The notes under the pieces are model-generated. The model was not told where the DNA came from. It made no database searches and was given only the letters and a program-made list of their open reading frames with translations. The translations under genes were made by a program, and so were the position numbers. From Macrostomum lignano (lineage: Eukaryota), in contig NIVC01000719.1 in NCBI GenBank assembly GCA_002269645.1, positions 1-46,624 of the forward strand: a stretch of DNA of 46,624 nucleotides, in the 5' to 3' direction. This document shows, one piece after another, positions 41,040 through 46,624 of the stretch. Every line of letters starts with the position of its first letter. Position 1 is the stretch's first letter.

Positions 41040-42990
41040 CCAAGGTCCAATTCCAACTCTATCTTAGGTCCTTTGAGCTGTCTAACTCCTCATTAGGGCC
41101 TTCCTTTGAGTTGTCTAACTCCTCATTAGGGCCTTCCTTTGAGTTGTCTAACTCCTCATTAGGGCCTTCCTTTGAGCTGTCTAACTCCTCATTAGGGCCT
41201 TCCTTTGAGCTGTCGAACTCCTCATTAGGGCCTTCCTTTGAGCTGTCGAACTCCTCATTAGGGCCTTCCTTTGAGCTGTCTAACTCCTCATTAGGGCCTT
41301 CCTTTGAGCTGTCTATAACTCCTTTATTTAGGTCTTTTGGGCTGTCTATAACTCCTCATTTAGGTCCTTTGAGCTGTCTATAACTCCTCATTTAGGTACT
41401 TTGGGCTGTCTATAACTCCTCATTTAGGTATTTTGGGCTGTCTATAACTCCTTTATTTAGGTCCTTTGGGCTGTCGAACTCCTCATTTAGATCCTTTGGC
41501 TGTCTATAACTCCTTTATTTAGGTCTTTTGGGCTGTCTATAACTCCTCATTTAAGTCCTTTGGCTGTCTATAACTCCTCATTTAGGTCCTTTGGCTGTCT
41601 ATAACTCCTTTATTTAGGTCTTTTGGGCTGTCTATAACTCCTCATTAGGTCCTTTGGGCTGTCTATAACTCCTCATTTAGGTCCTTTGGGCTGTCTATAA
41701 CTCCTTTATTTAGGTCTTTTGGGCTGTCTATAACTCCTCATTAGGTCCTTTGGGCTGTCTATAACTCCTCATTAGGTCCTTTGGGCTGTCTATAACTCCT
41801 TTATTTAGGTCTTTTGGGCTGTCTATAACTCCTCATTTAGGTATTTTGGGCTGTCTATAACTCCTCATTTAGGTATTTTGGGCTGTCTATAACTCCTTTA
41901 TTTAGGTCCTTTGGGCTGTCGAACTCCTCATTTAGATCCTTTGGCTGTCTATAACTCCTTTATTTAGGTCTTTTGGGCTGTCTATAACTCCTCATTTAAG
42001 TCCTTTGGCTGTCTATAACTCCTCATTTAGGTCCTTTGGCTGTCTATAACTCCTTTATTTAGGTCTTTTGGGCTGTCTATAACTCCTCATTAGGTCCTTT
42101 GGGCTGTCTATAACTCCTCATTTAGGTCCTTTGGGCTGTCTATAACTCCTTTATTTAGGTCTTTTGGGCTGTCTATAACTCCTCATTAGGTCCTTTGGGC
42201 TGTCTATAACTCCTCATTAGGTCCTTTGGGCTGTCTATAACTCCTTTATTTAGGTCTTTTGGGCTGTCTATAACTCCTCATTAGGTCCTTTGGGCTGTCT
42301 ATAACTCCTCATTTAGGTCCTTTGGGCTGTCTATAACTCCTTTATTTAGGTCTTTTGGGCTGTCTATAACTCCTCATTAGGTCCTTTGGGCTGTCTATAA
42401 CTCCTCATTAGGTCCTTTGGGCTGTCTATAACTCCTTTATTTAGGTCTTTTGGGCTGTCTATAACTCCTCATTTAGGTATTTTGGGCTGTCTATAACTCC
42501 TCATTTAGGTATTTTGGGCTGTCTATAACTCCCCATTTAGGTCTTTTGGGCTGTCTATAACTCCTCATTTAGGTATTTTGGGCTGTCTATAACTCCCCAT
42601 TTAGATCCTTTGGCTGTCTATAACTCCTTTATTTAGGTCTTTTGGGCTGTCTATAACTCCCCATTTAGGTCTTTTGGGCTGTCTATAACTCCTCATTTAG
42701 GTCTTTTGGGCTGTCTATAACTCCCCATTTAGGTCTTTTGGGCTGTCTATAACTCCTCATTTAGGTCTTTTGGGCTGTCTATAACTCCCCATTTAGATCC
42801 TTTGGCTGTCTATAACTCCTCATTTAAGTCCTTTGGGCTGTCTATAACTCCTCATTTAGATCCTTTGGGCTGTCTACAACTCCTTTATTTAGGTCTTTAG
42901 GGCTGTCGGTCCCCATTTAGGTCCTATAGGCTGTCTAACTTCTTATTTAGGTCCTCTGGGCTGTCTAACTTTCCATTTAGGTCCTTTGTG
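41040..42990. repeat. 31-33-bp minisatellite (GGCTGTCTATAACTCCTCATTTAGGTCTTTTG) with a higher-order block duplication
   Basis: Directly visible. Confidence 0.96.
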
Positions 42991-43416
42991 CCACCTCCTA
43001 GTTTCTGATCTCGATGCTACAGCCAAATAGTTTCCAACAAACTCCCACAAGAGAGTCCAGTCTTCCATTGGATGCCAAACTGAATTCAGTCAAATAAATT
43101 AGTCATTCGAGGCGGCCGCCCAGATGCCTAACTCTGATTACTTTGGCGGTAGACAAGCACAATGCTAATGCCGCGACCGTGTCCTCAGCTTTTTGTCCTG
43201 TCTAGATGGACCTCCTGATGAATCAATGCCGATAGCCTCATAGACAGATTATCCAAAAATATTAATAATTCAATAGCCATAGAAGAGATGCAACTTCTTA
43301 ATCAGATCAATGACCGAAGACAAAGTCAGAAGAAAGCTTGTCTAACTTTTCTAATTGTGCTACTTCAAGTAGCCTCGCAGAAGTATGGAATTTCTATTTA
43401 ATGTGTAAGGTCTGAT

Positions 43417-43878
43417 TAGGTGTGGGATTGGGGCATGTGAGGGATTGGGTCAGGTGTGGGATTGGGTCAGGTGAGGGATTGGGTCAGGTGAGGGATTGGG
43501 TCAGATGTGGGATTGGGTCAGGTGTGGGATTGGGTCAGGTGTGGGATTGGGTCAGGTGTGGGATTGGGTCAGGTGTGGGATTGGGTCAGGTGTGGGATTG
43601 GGTCAGGTGTGGGATTGGGTCAGGTGTGGGATTGGGTCAGGTGTGGGATTGGGGCATGTGTGGGATTGGGTCAGGTGTGGGATTGGGTCAGGTGTGGGAT
43701 TGGGTCAGGTGTGGGATTGGGTCAGGTGTGGGATTGGGTCAGGTGTGGGATTGGGTCAGGTGTGGGATTGGGTCAGGTGTGGGATTGGGTCAGGTGTGGG
43801 ATTGGGTCAGGTGTGGGATTGGGTCAGGTGTGGGATTGGGTCAGGTGTGGGATTGGGTCAGGTGTGGGATTGGGTCAG
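43417..43878. repeat. 17-bp G-rich minisatellite (GGGATTGGGTCAGGTGT)
   Basis: Directly visible. Confidence 0.97.
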
Positions 43879-44214
43879 GGTAGAAGTTAGTAAAAATCAA
43901 AAGTATGTTTGAAACAATGCACAAGCTGCACATCTTCAACTCGATAATTTTAGGTCTTTATCCAAAAAACGCTGAATACCAGCAAGCAGCGTTTGCACCG
44001 GTGATAAAATGATTTATTTACAACAAAAAATGGTTTGTGATGAGAAGGACACTTTAATCGGCTAGGATCTCCAAGCGACCAAGCAATATCTGTCGGGGTC
44101 AGTTCAATTTTTGATTACGCAATTCACCTGAGCTGAATAAGTCCATACACTTGTGCCAGAAAATACCGGTGTAAAAGAGTCTTTGTAACTGCCCGCCCAC
44201 TTGCTCCCTAGTAG

Positions 44215-44470
44215 TCCATGGCTCAGTCTAAGTTTGGGTCTTAGTTCCTCTTCCTGCTCCTCTTAAGGTTCCATGGCTGAGTCTTGATTCGGGTCTTTGT
44301 TCCCCTTAACTGCTCCTCTTAAGGGTCCGTGGCTCAGAAGGTTCGGGTCTTTGTTCCCCCTAACTGCTCCTCTTAAGGTTCCATGGCTGAGTCTTGATTC
44401 GAGTCTTTGTTCCCCCTAACTGCTCCTCTTAAGGGTCCATGGCTCAGAAGGTTCAGGTCTTTGTTCCCCT
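44215..44470. repeat. ~50-bp degenerate tandem repeat (GGTCTTTGTTCCCC...CTGCTCCTCTTAAGG...CATGGCT)
   Basis: About 5 units visible, alternating between two variants. Confidence 0.8.
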
Positions 44471-44565
44471 TCCCTCTCGCTAACCGGTGGTCGATGGCAA
44501 CAATTCATAATGATCGAACAGCCGAATAGCAAATGGTGCAGGTTCAGAATTGAACAGTTAAGTCT

Positions 44566-45205
44566 TTATCCGGAGTTCTTGCCGGCGGCATCGTCCCTGC
44601 ACTGGCGGCAGGACAGCAGCGCGGTGAGGTGCCGCAGCCTGGCGTCCTTGGCCTCCAGCTCGGACTGCAGCTGCTTCAGCTGGGCCTCCCGCTCCAGCAG
44701 GCGGCGTTCCAGCGGTTCTGTCTCGGCACGAACCGCCGCCAGGAGGGCGTCCTGCAGCTGCTCAACCACCGAGGCCACGCGCCTCTCGACAGCCGACTGC
44801 TGCCGACAGACCAAAGATTTCGCAGCGGTCACCGAAGCAGCGGTTGCCGTGAGGCCGAGCAGCATGTCGGTTGAGCTGCACGAGACAGCCGCAGTGGTCA
44901 CTGCCGTCGTAGCCTCTGCGGCCGTCGTCAACGAGTCCTTGACGTCGATTGGCCGGAGACAAACTGCCGACGACTGAGACGATGCCGTCGACGAGCTAGT
45001 TGATGCCGCGGAGGAAGCGACATTTGCGGACAGAGGCGGCAACAGCTCCGGAGTTGTCGGCGGGGTGGCCAGCTGCGGCGGCGACAGGTACCAGTAGACT
45101 GACACCGGCGGGGGATGCAGCAGTCGGCGGCGAGTGTCGATAGGAGCTGTCGCCGGCTCCTGAGCCCAGCCGGCGGTGTCGCTGGGCAGCCGGTGGGTTC
45201 GACCT
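44566..45205 (-). CDS. Terminal coding exon of an uncharacterised gene with a C-terminal coiled coil resembling the TSC22/bunched box
   Basis: Open frame from acceptor tgcag| (45206) to TAA. AVERRVASVVEQLQDALLAAVRAETEPLERRL aligns by eye with TSC22 [32 protein letters not shown]. Confidence 0.55.
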
Positions 45206-45277
45206 CTGCATTGCAGGATTGACAGCTTTGAGTTTCTTGACGAATCGCTTTGGCCATGGACAGCTAATTTTGTCTTT

Positions 45278-45900
45278 CAGTGACTCTCTGGCCTTCCCAA
45301 TGACTCTCTGGCCTTCCCAGTGACTCTCTGGGCTTCCCAGTGACTCTCTGGGCTTCCCAGTGACTCTCTGGGCTTCCCAGTGATTATCTGGTCTTCCCAG
45401 TGACTCTCTGGCCTTCCAGTGACTCTCTGGCCTTCCCAGTGACTCTCTGGCCTTCCCAGTGACTCTCTGGCCTTCCCAGTGACTCTCTGGCCTTCCCAGT
45501 GACTCTCTGGCCTTCCCAGTGACTCTCTGGCCTTCCCAGTGACTCTCTGGCCTTCCCAGTGACTCTCTGGGCTTCCCAGTGATTATCTGGTCTTCCCAGT
45601 GACTCTCTGGCCTTCCCAGTGATTATCTGGTCTTCCCAGTGACTCTCTGGCCTTCCCAGTGACTCTCTGGCCTTCCCAGTGACTCTCTTGCCTTCCCAGT
45701 GACTCTCTGGCCTTCCCAGTGACTCTCTGGCCTTCCCAGTGACTCTCTGGCCTTCCCAGTGACTCTCTTGCATCTGCAATGACCCACTGGCTTTTTCAGT
45801 GACTCTACATGTATGGCCTTCCCAGTGATTATCTGGTCTTCCCAGTGACTCTCTGGCTTTTTCAGTGACTCAATGGTCTCCCTAGCGGTGACTCTCTGGC
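45278..45900. repeat. 20-bp minisatellite (GACTCTCTGGCCTTCCCAGT) in the intron of the TSC22-like gene
   Basis: Directly visible, lying between acceptor 45206 and donor GG|gtgaga at 45941. Confidence 0.95.
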
Positions 45901-45941
45901 CCCTCTCGTGACTCCCCCATTTTATTGGCTTCGTCTCTCAC

Positions 45942-46321
45942 CCCACCGGACTCCTTCGACTGCCGGTGTGCAGGCAACGGTCGACGTGAACGCAGGCGCC
46001 AATGGCCGACGCCACTCGCAGCGCAGCGGCTGAACTGCGCAACAGCCGGAGTGGCCGGGTCGGCCGGCGCGTCCGACTTCGCCGATGCCACCAGCGGCTT
46101 ATAACAGTTAGTTCTCTGTCGCTTGGCAAGGTCGGTCAGCGAACCGGCCCGGGTTTTTCGCGGAATCCTTCGACCCGTTTCTGCGCACAGCACGTGCAGG
46201 TCGCACACGGAGCGGCAGCGCAGCCCCAGCCATCCGGTATTCCTGGAACGACGGCACCGGGGAATCGCGAAATCCGGCGAACGGAATTCGAGTTCGGGTC
46301 GACCCCGACGCCGGTCTCCAT
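45942..46321 (-). CDS. Probable upstream exon(s) of the TSC22-like gene (structure uncertain)
   Basis: GC-rich, with donor GTGAG at 45941 in phase 2 matching the downstream exon. ATG at 46321, but an in-frame TGA at 46136-46138 implies another small intron or a later start. Confidence 0.3.
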
Positions 46322-46624
46322 GGTGGAGTGGCGCCGGCGTATCGCTAATGGAAGCTGGCGGCAGTGTCTCGCATTTGAATTTGCATAGAGAATTATAGCA
46401 GCAAATACATGTAGTAGAGCATCTACAAGTTGTTTATTATGTAAGTCTAGCGCGCTAGCGCACAGGCTTTTATGCATACACGTCCAGCGTACATGCGCAT
46501 ACTGTTCCAGTAATTTTCCAGTAATACATATAGAACTAAAACTCGTTTTGAATCTTTTCTTTGAAGATTTGACCTGCGACTTGTGAACCAGGCCCGCCCA
46601 CCCCGGCAGGCCCCTCCCACTAAC

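Noticed and set aside
45080-46260. Methyl-CpG-binding domain (GIPDGW ... YWYLSP fragments)
   Set aside because: The fragments lie in different putative exons with the wrong spacing, and the RKxG and KxRS residues of MBDs are missing.

Overview
Eukaryotic (metazoan) genomic DNA with GT-AG introns and the standard code. The GC/CpG-rich exons and minisatellite-filled introns resemble the flatworm Macrostomum lignano (inference, not verified). Minus strand, head-to-tail: FTSJ3/SPB1 (2 coding exons, 824 aa), THOC1 (intronless CDS, about 639 aa, C-terminal death domain) and SEC23 (6 coding exons, 775 aa). An orphan low-complexity gene with a 39-bp coding repeat and one in-frame TGA lies upstream. 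The middle (about 22.9-30.1 kb) holds transposon remnants: a CpG-void degenerate Mutator-like fragment, a MITE-like element, a FLYWCH-MULE transposase pseudogene with an accessory ORF, and a possible Helitron-like element. Plus strand: a PDPR-like FAD/GcvT-family gene and a short EVI1/PRDM16/Hamlet-type gene with only the C-terminal three zinc fingers. At the right end is part of a minus-strand gene with a TSC22-like coiled coil. The main unexplained pattern is that almost every intron, including putative 5'UTR introns, holds its own distinct 4-33 bp tandem array. Several arrays carry TTAGG(G), and one has orphan copies fused to the head of a tRNA/CORE-type SINE. All coordinates were read by hand and no searches were run.
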